Shown here piece by piece: positions 1 to 6,947 of a DNA stretch of 35,607 nucleotides. The translations under genes were made by a program, and so were the position numbers. The stretch covers positions 1-35,607 of IMG/VR virus record IMGVR_UViG_3300030059_002847; one strand, given 5' to 3'. Source of the DNA: a virus (Duplodnaviria; Caudoviricetes). The notes beneath the pieces are model-generated. The model was given only the letters and a program-made list of their open reading frames with translations. It searched no databases and was not told the DNA's origin. How positions within the stretch are numbered: the stretch's first letter is position 1; each line of letters opens with the position of its first letter.

Positions 1-79
1 AAACGAGCGCGGAAAACCCCGCCAAAATAACACCCCCGAAAATTCAACCGACAGAACCCGCCCCGGCGGAGCAAGGAGT

Positions 80-742
80 ATGCGCATGAAGGTATCTGAC
101 AAGGGCATTGCGGCACTGGTCGCACATGAAGGCGTTGTCCCCGCGCCGTATCTGGACAGCGTAGGCGTCTGGACCGTTGGGGTAGGCCACACAGCGGCTG
201 CTGGCGCGCCTATCCCTGCCAATATGGAGCGAGGGGTGCCGGATGATCTGGACACAGCCCTGCGGGACGTTTTCGAGGTCTTCGCGCGCGATCTGGAACG
301 CTATGCCGCCGATGTTCTGCGTGCGGTGAAGGTGCCAATGGCGCAACACGAATTTGACGCGGCTGTGTCATTTCATTTCAACACCGGCGCTATCGGACGG
401 GCATCGTGGGTGAAGCAATGGAACGCAGGCAACAAAACCGCCGCAACCAAGGCCATTATGAATTGGTCCAAGCCGAAAGAGATTATCCCGCGCCGCCGTG
501 ATGAGCGGGATCTATTCGCGCACGGTCAATACCCGAAGGGCCGCGCAACCGTCTGGAGCGTGAGCAGTTCGGGCCGCGTAATCTGGAAGCCGCTGCGCAC
601 GTTATCGCCGGATGATGTTTTGCGTCTTATGCAGCGGACGCCAGAGCCAGCGCCGACACCGGTCACGCCCAAGCCCGCGACGGGCAGTTTTTGGGGTGCC
701 CTTTTCGCGGCAATCAACGCAATCTTTGGAGGCAAGAAATGA
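80..742 (+). CDS. Endolysin, GH24 (T4-lysozyme-like) muramidase with Pro/Thr linker and C-terminal amphipathic helix
   Basis: HEG..PYLDSVGVWTVGVGHT (E-8x-D-5x-T triad), EFDAAVSFHFNTG, RRRDE; SD AAGGAG upstream. Confidence 0.9.
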   Translation: MRMKVSDKGIAALVAHEGVVPAPYLDSVGVWTVGVGHTAAAGAPIPANMERGVPDDLDTALRDVFEVFARDLERYAADVLRAVKVPMAQHEFDAAVSFHFNTGAIGRASWVKQWNAGNKTAATKAIMNWSKPKEIIPRRRDERDLFAHGQYPKGRATVWSVSSSGRVIWKPLRTLSPDDVLRLMQRTPEPAPTPVTPKPATGSFWGALFAAINAIFGGKK

Positions 743-921
743 GAATGTACGCACCAATCGCACGCATCCTGATCCGATACGCCGTTGGCCTTGTGATCGG
801 CATGGACGCTGCTGAAACTCTAGCGGGAGATCCTGACCTTGTGACCGTTGTTGCCATGGGTATCGGCGGCGCAACAGAAGTTGTCTACGCTCTGGCAGTC
901 AAGAAAGGCTGGGCGAAATGA
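739..921 (+). CDS. Putative holin-like small membrane protein (60 aa, MRMYAPIARILIRY...)
   Basis: ATGA overlap with endolysin stop, SD GGAGG at 728-732, two hydrophobic segments, basic C-terminus. Confidence 0.6.
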   Translation: MRMYAPIARILIRYAVGLVIGMDAAETLAGDPDLVTVVAMGIGGATEVVYALAVKKGWAK

Positions 922-1229
922 TGGACCAGATCGAACTGACACCCGCCGTCATTGCCACGCTTGTGGCCTTTGCCATTGTCCAGCTTGGCGACGTTCTGAC
1001 CACAGTGCGCGCGCTCAAACTGGGGGCGTCTGAAAGTAACCCAGTTGTTGCGTGGATGATGGACAATCTAGGCATGGGATGGGTCATTGCCAAACTGGCG
1101 ATTGTATCCGGCGCAGCATGGGCGATCCTGTCCGTTGGCGTCCTCTGGCCGCTATGGTTGCTGACAGCGGCCATGGCCTGTGTTGTCCTGCACAACTACC
1201 GCATCATCAAAGCGAGGTCTGGCCAATGA
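918..1229 (+). CDS. Membrane protein, DUF5658-like
   Basis: DVLTT..ALKLGASESNP motif, 3-4 hydrophobic segments, ATGA-coupled. Confidence 0.65.
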   Translation: MMDQIELTPAVIATLVAFAIVQLGDVLTTVRALKLGASESNPVVAWMMDNLGMGWVIAKLAIVSGAAWAILSVGVLWPLWLLTAAMACVVLHNYRIIKARSGQ

Positions 1230-1312
1230 ATGACCCCATAGGCACGAGCCTGGTCATCGTCGCGGTGGTGCTGGTTGTCGCCATCGTCGGTATCGTCTGG
1301 CTGTTCACATGA
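1226..1312 (+). CDS. 28-aa single-transmembrane peptide (MNDPIGTSLVIVAVVLVVAIVGIVWLFT)
   Basis: ATGA overlaps at both ends; one hydrophobic helix. Confidence 0.5.
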   Translation: MNDPIGTSLVIVAVVLVVAIVGIVWLFT

Positions 1313-1548
1313 TTGACGCGCTCATAGGCGGGCTGTGGCCCTATATCCTCGCCGCTGGCGGTGTTGTTGTCGCTTTCGTAGGGGCTTACCTGCGCGGGCG
1401 CAAGGACGGCACCAGCAAGGCGGAAAATAAGCAGGCGAAAGACTACATCGCCACAAGAAAGGACATGGATGATGCGGACATTCCTACTCATGGCGCTGAT
1501 GTCGATCGCTGGCTGCGTGAACGCGCCAAGCGGGAACGCGGTTTGTGA
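1309..1548 (+). CDS. Putative inner-membrane spanin (Rz-like)
   Basis: N-terminal TM helix then charged helical domain; overlaps a lipoprotein ORF in another frame. Confidence 0.6.
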   Translation: MIDALIGGLWPYILAAGGVVVAFVGAYLRGRKDGTSKAENKQAKDYIATRKDMDDADIPTHGADVDRWLRERAKRERGL

Positions 1549-1666
1549 CGGGACAGCGCAGCTACGGACGGATCATGCGGCGGCTCTTGTCGCGGATGGC
1601 GGCGCGCTATCGAAATCAACCGGCGCGGCGCTGATCGGCACCATAGACGCCGGATGCGGTGACTGA
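1469..1666 (+). CDS. Putative outer-membrane spanin lipoprotein (Rz1-like)
   Basis: Signal peptide with lipobox IAG-C; SD AAGGA upstream; overlaps the Rz-like gene. Confidence 0.65.
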   Translation: MMRTFLLMALMSIAGCVNAPSGNAVCDGTAQLRTDHAAALVADGGALSKSTGAALIGTIDAGCGD

Positions 1667-1683
1667 ACAGAAAGGCCGATGGA

Positions 1684-1944
1684 TTGGCACATTATGACGA
1701 TAACACCTTGCAACGCTATGAACAAAGGCTTGCGGAACTGGAAGCGCAATGCGTAACGCCGGAAGATCGGGAAGTCGACCAGCTTATCCGCAAGATCGTG
1801 CGGTCGGTTCGGATGACGCTCTGGTTGACCAACGGCGCGATGAAGTGGCTTGCGGCTCCCCTTGGCATATTTTGGGGCGTCTATGCTTTTGGCTCAAACT
1901 TTGCCGAGTGGTTCAACGGGCTGTTCTTTGGGCCGATGAAATGA
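1684..1944 (+). CDS. Hypothetical membrane protein (coiled-coil plus C-terminal TM)
   Basis: TTG start with GAAAGG SD; ATGA-coupled to next gene. Confidence 0.6.
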   Translation: MAHYDDNTLQRYEQRLAELEAQCVTPEDREVDQLIRKIVRSVRMTLWLTNGAMKWLAAPLGIFWGVYAFGSNFAEWFNGLFFGPMK

Positions 1945-2369
1945 GCGGTAAGTCATTGCTCTGGATCGGCTGGGCTACTGCTGTTGTCGTAGTGTTCCAG
2001 ACCGCGCCGCTGTCCCGCATCGTATACAATCCCCAGGCGGTCGAAATCAGCGATAATCAGGTGGCCATGTACCGCTCATTCCCGCTGGACGCGCTCGGGC
2101 TTCCGCGTCCGTGGTTGTCCTATGTCGAGACGGTGCGACCGATCACGGAAGCGCATAACGGCGGGCAGTCATGTACCGACAAGGGCGGGCCATTTGAGTA
2201 CACACGCGCGGGCGATGTGGGGAAGTGGTCAATCGAGTGGGCATCCGCTTGCACCAGCGATCCGGCGGGCTTCCACTGGTCCGCTAAATGGACGTGGCAT
2301 ATCGGGCGGATGACGCTCGGGCCTGTCTCCTATCAGCAGACTGTTTTGCGATCCGCCGCTACAAGTTGA
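1941..2369 (+). CDS. Hypothetical membrane-anchored or exported protein (MSGKSLLWIGW...)
   Basis: ATG 1941 overlaps previous stop; N-terminal hydrophobic segment; two Cys in a Trp-rich domain. Confidence 0.65.
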   Translation: MSGKSLLWIGWATAVVVVFQTAPLSRIVYNPQAVEISDNQVAMYRSFPLDALGLPRPWLSYVETVRPITEAHNGGQSCTDKGGPFEYTRAGDVGKWSIEWASACTSDPAGFHWSAKWTWHIGRMTLGPVSYQQTVLRSAATS

Positions 2370-2375
2370 AAGATA

Positions 2376-2505
2376 CCGGCGACGGGTTCCAGTCGCATTT
2401 TACCAAACATGAAAGGCCTGATTTTCCACGGTACCATTTCGCCGCTTGCCTGTGGCGCTCGACTTGCCCGCCCCGTTAATTCGGTGGCGGGCTTTTTTTT
2501 GCGTT
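2376..2505. ncRNA. Structured non-coding repeat, copy 1 (candidate sRNA)
   Basis: Shares ordered blocks with 3000-3137, including an identical 25-mer with hairpin GCGAC-GGGTTCCA-GTCGC; ends in a terminator. Repeat is certain, ncRNA status inferred. Confidence 0.5.
2466..2500 (+). terminator. Rho-independent terminator ending the lysis operon
   Basis: GCCCGCC...GGCGGGC stem followed by T8. Confidence 0.85.
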
Positions 2506-2511
2506 TGGCAT

Positions 2512-2751
2512 TCAATCGCCTGCGACAAGGATCGTGTCAGGCAATGGCTGATCCATCTGCTGCGATGTTATCGTGGTGTAGCTGTGCTGTCCCGTTACGC
2601 CTGCGGTGTGCGTCAAGAACGTGAAGTCAGTCAGTGCAGCACCGTGTTGCTTGGCAACTTCGCTCAGGTGTTTCGCCAGCTCGTCTGGGGCAAGTTTGGT
2701 GTCGGTCATGTCTTGGGCGTCTGTCTGTGGGGCTGTCTGTGGTGTGGTCAT
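2512..2751 (-). CDS. Hypothetical protein
   Basis: 79-aa ORF coupled to 2748-2957; ends next to the terminator. Confidence 0.4.
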   Translation of the reverse strand: MTTPQTAPQTDAQDMTDTKLAPDELAKHLSEVAKQHGAALTDFTFLTHTAGVTGQHSYTTITSQQMDQPLPDTILVAGD

Positions 2752-2957
2752 GGGGTGGGTTCCTTGTTTAGCAGTGCAACAAATTCGGGGATGTATTGAA
2801 CCGAAGCGGCCCCCACCCCCATGAAGGAAATAGACACAAGAAATGGGATCGTTATATGTTTGCTACCCATCCAGATGTGTAATTGAATTATTCCACCTAT
2901 AGCGAACAGCAAGACTCCAATCAGGTATATCACCCCAGCGGCTGTATCATCCATCAT
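2748..2957 (-). CDS. Small two-TM membrane protein (moron-like)
   Basis: SD AGGAG, two hydrophobic helices, visibly AT-richer. Confidence 0.55.
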   Translation of the reverse strand: MMDDTAAGVIYLIGVLLFAIGGIIQLHIWMGSKHITIPFLVSISFMGVGAASVQYIPEFVALLNKEPTP

Positions 2958-2999
2958 TCATCTCCTATCTGTGCAGGGCTGGCCTGCGTTTTTTCAATG

Positions 3000-3137
3000 C
3001 CGGCGACGGGTTCCAGTCGCATTTCACTAACTAGGAAAGGCCTGATTTTTTCTACGATACCATTTCCGTGCTTGCCTGTTCGGGAATCAACTGCGCCCGC
3101 CATCCGGATCTCGGGTGGCGGGCGCCTTTTTTGCGTT
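3000..3137. ncRNA. Structured non-coding repeat, copy 2 (candidate sRNA)
   Basis: Same blocks and near-identical spacing as 2376-2505; no shared reading frame. Confidence 0.5.
3093..3132 (+). terminator. Rho-independent terminator
   Basis: 14-bp stem GCGCCCGCCATCCG/CGGGTGGCGGGCGC followed by T6. Confidence 0.8.
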
Positions 3138-3391
3138 TAACCGCTGTCCTTGACGTCAACACCGCGCCCGCTGACGACACCAATCAACACAGGCGGGTGA
3201 ATTGTTCCCATTATGGAAAGGCTTACGGCCCCACCTTCATTCAGAACCTTCAGCTCTCTCGGCGTTGGCTCCCACCGGCTCACCATCACCGGATGACCGT
3301 CAAGCAATTCATCCTTTATGGCCAGCGCGTGATATTCATCCTGCGATTCAGCGAGAACTCGGGTCGCACCTTTTATTCTAAGCGGTAGCAT
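3137..3391 (-). CDS. Hypothetical phage protein (SRWEPTPREL...HPPV type)
   Basis: SD GGAGG; motif pattern seen in small phage proteins. Confidence 0.7.
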   Translation of the reverse strand: MLPLRIKGATRVLAESQDEYHALAIKDELLDGHPVMVSRWEPTPRELKVLNEGGAVSLSIMGTIHPPVLIGVVSGRGVDVKDSG

Positions 3392-3601
3392 TTCAATCCT
3401 CCGATATTTTCAATATTTCATCTAAAATATCAGGCCACATCACCTCATATTCCCAACGCTGTTTACTGACCCGCCACCAGCGAACCACAAGCAATCCATC
3501 CACAATCCCTCGCACATGGCACTTGGGTCCACCTCTTATCGTCGGATGCGCAAACGTGTCTCCAACCTTCATAAAGCCGCTCCTTCAATCCTCCGATATT
3601 T
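3392..3601. repeat. 18-bp direct repeat TTCAATCCTCCGATATTT (3392-3409 and 3584-3601)
   Basis: Exact match, brackets the 59-aa gene. Confidence 0.85.
3393..3572 (-). CDS. Hypothetical 59-aa protein (MKVGDTFAHPTIRGG...), absent from ORF track
   Basis: Translated by hand; SD AAGGAG; fills the gap between two co-oriented genes. Confidence 0.55.
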   Translation of the reverse strand: MKVGDTFAHPTIRGGPKCHVRGIVDGLLVVRWWRVSKQRWEYEVMWPDILDEILKISED

Positions 3602-3938
3602 ACGCTTCACGGCCATTAGCGAGAGCTTGGGCCATCTGGTTGATCGAGGACCGCGAAACCACGCTAATTCTGCGGTAGCTCGAGAGAAGATCCCTTTCGT
3701 CACTGGTCAACCCCTCGCGCTGGAAGTCTTCAGGGAAGAACGCCGCAATCGGCTGCCCTAGTGTTGCAGCGATACGGGCCAACATCGAGGCGCTGATCCG
3801 GTTTGATCCGCTCTCATACTTCTGGATCTGCTGGAAAGATATGCCGAGCGCTTCAGCCAATACGCTCTGGCTTTTCTTCTTCTGCTTGCGCAGCTCCTTT
3901 ACCTTCGATCCGACGAATTTATCAATTTCGTGAGCCAT
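3600..3938 (-). CDS. XRE-family HTH transcriptional regulator
   Basis: SQSVLAEALGISFQQIQKYESGSNRISAS signature. Confidence 0.85.
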   Translation of the reverse strand: MAHEIDKFVGSKVKELRKQKKKSQSVLAEALGISFQQIQKYESGSNRISASMLARIAATLGQPIAAFFPEDFQREGLTSDERDLLSSYRRISVVSRSSINQMAQALANGREA

Positions 3939-4427
3939 TTAATTCCCTTTCTGGTCTTCTGATTTTGGTTGATTTTCGCGCCATTGCGGGTCGTAACCCT
4001 TCAGCGCTTCTATTGCAGATCGGCATTGCTCAACGGAGAACATGCCGGAATGCGTTTCGCTTCTCGGGATGTCGAGCTTGAAAGACAGGAAGCTGTAGAT
4101 GCTGTTCCTTCGCCTGTGCTTATTGCCCTCTACGCCCTTCCACAGCGGGTCCAGAACGCGATGAAGCGCAGATCGTGCTTTTCTTGTCTGCGGTCCGGCC
4201 GGATACCCTAAAGGGTTCTCGGTGTTTGGGTGGCAGCCGCAGTATGCACCGCATGGGCATAGCCAGAACGGCTTTGAATATAGATCCTGCCGGTGTGGAT
4301 ATATAACGTCACCTCCCACCAGGCTGGACGCCGCCTCGCCGCACTCAATACAGACAGGGCCGAAGTCTTGTCCATCGTCCACCAGCGGGAAGTCGTCACC
4401 CAGATCTTGCTTTGCAGCCCCGCTCAT
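3939..4427 (-). CDS. Zinc-finger protein, DUF3268-like
   Basis: CxxC..IYPHR..FWLCPCGAYCGCHP..PLG..H..DPLW; start uncertain. Confidence 0.8.
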   Translation of the reverse strand: MSGAAKQDLGDDFPLVDDGQDFGPVCIECGEAASSLVGGDVIYPHRQDLYSKPFWLCPCGAYCGCHPNTENPLGYPAGPQTRKARSALHRVLDPLWKGVEGNKHRRRNSIYSFLSFKLDIPRSETHSGMFSVEQCRSAIEALKGYDPQWRENQPKSEDQKGN

Positions 4428-4438
4428 ATCTGGCCCAC

Positions 4439-4462
4439 TTTCGGTCCCGTTTCGGTCCCGTT
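4439..4462. repeat. Tandem TTTCGGTCCCG repeats, putative integrase arm-type sites (left arm)
   Basis: Two exact 11-mers about 75 bp left of the att core. Confidence 0.7.
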
Positions 4463-4536
4463 AAGGCCGTTTGAGCCGATCTGAAGTGCGCCCAAAAGCG
4501 GAACAAATAATGTATTTTGAAGGAACATAGCGCCAT

Positions 4537-4589
4537 GCGCTGCCCTCCGAAGGCAGAGGTCGCTGGTTCGAATCCAGCTGGGTTCACCA
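4537..4589 (+). other. attP core: 3' part of a tRNA-Arg(CCG) gene
   Basis: Anticodon arm CTGCC-CTCCGAA-GGCAG, T arm GCTGG-TTCGAAT-CCAGC, CCA end; no D arm or 5' acceptor strand; near integrase. Confidence 0.88.
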
Positions 4590-4611
4590 TATTTCATTGA
4601 TACTTCAGCCA

Positions 4612-4854
4612 TTACAGATTTCTCCTCGGTCCCGTTTCGGTGCGGTTTGGCAGTAAATCGGCTCTGGTAAGCATTGCGATTCCGTCATCGTCGACAGTTC
4701 CAAACCAAAGCCTGCCAACTTCATCCTCAACCTTCAGCGCCCGACCAGCTGCCTCTTTTGGACCCTTCATTGTTATTGTTGCCGCGCCTTCGTCATCGAC
4801 TTCGATTTGCCACCCTGCCGGTAAATTCATCTGAACGAATATCTCCCTAGTCAC
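4612..4854 (-). CDS. Hypothetical protein
   Basis: 80-aa ORF coupled to 4847-5029. Confidence 0.5.
   Translation of the reverse strand: MTREIFVQMNLPAGWQIEVDDEGAATITMKGPKEAAGRALKVEDEVGRLWFGTVDDDGIAMLTRADLLPNRTETGPRRNL
4625..4645. repeat. Putative integrase arm-type sites (right arm)
   Basis: CTCGGTCCCG-TTTCGGTGCGG, same motif and orientation as 4439-4462. Confidence 0.65.
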
Positions 4855-5029
4855 GCGGACCGTTGGTGAAAGCGATTTCCAGAGTGATTGTGTATTTTCC
4901 GGTTCTTATTTTCCGGCTCTCGCCTGTCGATAGGTTTTCGCTCTCGATTGTTTCTACATCCTTCCTCTCGGAAACGATGGTGCCTTCGAGAACGGTTATT
5001 TCGCCTTTGTCTTCGATTGTGATTTTCAT
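4847..5029 (-). CDS. Hypothetical protein
   Basis: 60 aa, starts just after the integrase stop with GAGG SD. Confidence 0.55.
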   Translation of the reverse strand: MKITIEDKGEITVLEGTIVSERKDVETIESENLSTGESRKIRTGKYTITLEIAFTNGPRD

Positions 5030-5031
5030 TT

Positions 5032-6168
5032 TCAGCCTCTCCTATTGATTGCCTCGACGGCGCTTGCTTGGTGGTCTGGGCTGTGGTGGCCATAGACCTT
5101 TTCAATGGTTGCCGGTGATGTGTCGAAATACCCAGCCGCGTCCCATACGCTTGCGCCTTTCTGCAAGCTCCATGTGATCGCGGTGTGCTTCAGAACGTGC
5201 GGGGTGATCGGCTTTCGGCCTGTGCCGGTGCCCATTGTCAGATCCAGCTCGATACCTTTTGCGCGCGCCATCGCCTCTGCCAGCTCCACTGCGCGGGCCC
5301 ACCCTTTCCGGATGTCTCCGCACATCGAGCGCACCAGAACCTTATCCCCGTCAACGATCCTCACAAACCTGCGCTCGACAACGTAGATCCGACCCTGCGC
5401 CGCCTGTCTTCGCAGGTGAGCCAGATAGCGGGCGGGTAGGCGGGAAGTACCCTGCCTCTTTTTGGTGACTGCCTTGCTTGGCGGCTTGCGGTATAGAACC
5501 CCGTTGATCGTGTCGACAAACCCGCCAAACGTAGATTTCTGGTCGATATGCATGGCGAGGATCGTTGCCTTGCGAGATCCCGTATACAGGCCGTGCAAAA
5601 TGAAGTCCTGCAAGTGCCTACCGTCCGCGTTCAGTGCCCTTGCCCCCCGAATGAGCCAGGACGCCTCCTGTCGGGTCAGCCATCGCTCCGTTGGCGGCGC
5701 TGAAGCTGGAAGGTGTACCTTCTTCGGCGCCAGCAAATACCCTTCGTCAAAACAGTAGGTCACCGCGGCCTGAAGCGTCCCGAGTTCGCGGCGTACCGTT
5801 CCGGCCGACACGCCCCGCGTTGCCTGATACCGCTTGCATGTGCCTCGCGTGATGTCAGACACCGCCAGATCCCCCCAGAACCGATCCAGCGCCGATATGG
5901 CGTATCCTATGCGCTCTGGTGCCGCCGTGCCGGTCGCGTGCTCCTCTGCGTAGATTGTCAGAACCTCCGCCACACTCATTTCCTCCGGCTGAACGGGACC
6001 AGCTGACCGGCGCTTTCGAGCGAGGTAGACTTCGAGCTGCGCTTCAGCATCGCTGCGGCTGTCTGTGCCGGTCGAGATCCTGACCGGTCCATCGCGGATT
6101 TCCCATACTGATGGGCCGTCTTTTCGGTCGCGCCAGTGCAGGCGCGGTCCCTTTGTTCGTCTTGGCAT
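5032..6168 (-). CDS. int: Tyrosine recombinase (phage integrase)
   Basis: N-terminal arm-binding domain, YTGSR, HVLKHTA (HxxR variant), VYGHH catalytic Tyr. Confidence 0.92.
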   Translation of the reverse strand: MPRRTKGPRLHWRDRKDGPSVWEIRDGPVRISTGTDSRSDAEAQLEVYLARKRRSAGPVQPEEMSVAEVLTIYAEEHATGTAAPERIGYAISALDRFWGDLAVSDITRGTCKRYQATRGVSAGTVRRELGTLQAAVTYCFDEGYLLAPKKVHLPASAPPTERWLTRQEASWLIRGARALNADGRHLQDFILHGLYTGSRKATILAMHIDQKSTFGGFVDTINGVLYRKPPSKAVTKKRQGTSRLPARYLAHLRRQAAQGRIYVVERRFVRIVDGDKVLVRSMCGDIRKGWARAVELAEAMARAKGIELDLTMGTGTGRKPITPHVLKHTAITWSLQKGASVWDAAGYFDTSPATIEKVYGHHSPDHQASAVEAINRRG

Positions 6169-6326
6169 TGTTTCAGCAGCTCCGGCAGATCTTTGGGGTC
6201 TAACTTGACCTTCCTGCCGATGATAATGGTCAGTTTTGCTTCGTCTGCAACCTTTCGTAGCGCTGACGCACTGACATCCCAGCGCTTTGCAACATCAGAT
6301 AGGTCATACAGTTCAGGAATTGTCAT
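5976..6326 (-). CDS. Excisionase-like HTH protein
   Basis: YDLSDVAKRWDVSASALRK..IIIGRKVK winged-HTH pattern, directly upstream of and overlapping int; SD GGGAG. Confidence 0.65.
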   Translation of the reverse strand: MTIPELYDLSDVAKRWDVSASALRKVADEAKLTIIIGRKVKLDPKDLPELLKQCQDEQRDRACTGATEKTAHQYGKSAMDRSGSRPAQTAAAMLKRSSKSTSLESAGQLVPFSRRK

Positions 6327-6591
6327 AGATCGTCTCCCACCTGTGCCTGTCAGCATCGCTGTGCCGTATCACTCTTTTCAGACTGTATTTTCCCGCTGAA
6401 CTCTTCGGTTTGACCTTACTCAAGATGCAAACAGATTGCTCTCTGGTGCCTTTCCAAGCCCAAACCTTGTCACTGGTTTCACCCTGTCCGGTCATGTGCA
6501 GATACTTTTCGGATTCCGCATTGATCAGGTAGTAATCTGGGCTGGACGAATATCTGTGCTTTGAGCCCTTATTTGACGTGTCAAAAAGCAT
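6313..6591 (-). CDS. Hypothetical protein (AT-richer)
   Basis: TAATG coupling, SD GGGGAGG. Confidence 0.6.
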   Translation of the reverse strand: MLFDTSNKGSKHRYSSSPDYYLINAESEKYLHMTGQGETSDKVWAWKGTREQSVCILSKVKPKSSAGKYSLKRVIRHSDADRHRWETIYDNS

Positions 6592-6947
6592 TACCGGCCC
6601 TCCCCTGCATCCAGCCCAAGCGCGGCGAGTATCTGCGCGCGGTGGTGGGCGTTGGCGGCGGCTTTGGCGGCTTCGAGGGTGTTATAGCGGTCTGCACAGG
6701 TTGCGTTATGCCCGACCCACAGGTCAAAATGTTGGCCGTGAAGACGGTATTCAATGATGTATCCGCCAGAGACGTACCGACGCCTTGAAAACGCTGTTCG
6801 CTCGTCAATTTCCGACCACTCCAACGGCCTCACCATCCCGATCACAGCCTCTGCCACGTTTCGGGCCACCTCCTGCGCTACAGGGTCCAGCGCGTCGGGG
6901 TCCAGTATCAGGGCAATGCGGTCGGCTAGTTGGTCGCGGGCGGTCAT
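6591..6947 (-). CDS. Hypothetical phage protein (VRPLEW...TLEAAKAAA type)
   Basis: Coupled ORF with a motif typical of alphaproteobacterial phage early genes. Confidence 0.7.
   Translation of the reverse strand: MTARDQLADRIALILDPDALDPVAQEVARNVAEAVIGMVRPLEWSEIDERTAFSRRRYVSGGYIIEYRLHGQHFDLWVGHNATCADRYNTLEAAKAAANAHHRAQILAALGLDAGEGR

Noticed and set aside
1749-1940. N-terminal extension of the 206-aa ORF
   Set aside because: Overlaps 1684-1944; coupled ATG at 1941 gives a clean signal/anchor N-terminus.
2409-2624. Peptide-coding interpretation of the repeat (MKGLIFHGTIS...)
   Set aside because: Runs through the terminator; copy 2 lacks the ATG and is shifted by 2 nt.
2376-3137. CRISPR mini-array, retron or DGR interpretation of the repeats
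   Set aside because: Only two copies about 620 bp apart with genes between; no cas or reverse transcriptase in the window.
4510-4589. Complete phage-encoded tRNA-Arg gene
   Set aside because: No D arm and no 5' acceptor strand able to pair with the 3' end; better explained as att core.
4424-4612. 62-aa and 64-aa minus-strand ORFs across attP
   Set aside because: They translate the tRNA antisense and arm repeats; typical artefacts.
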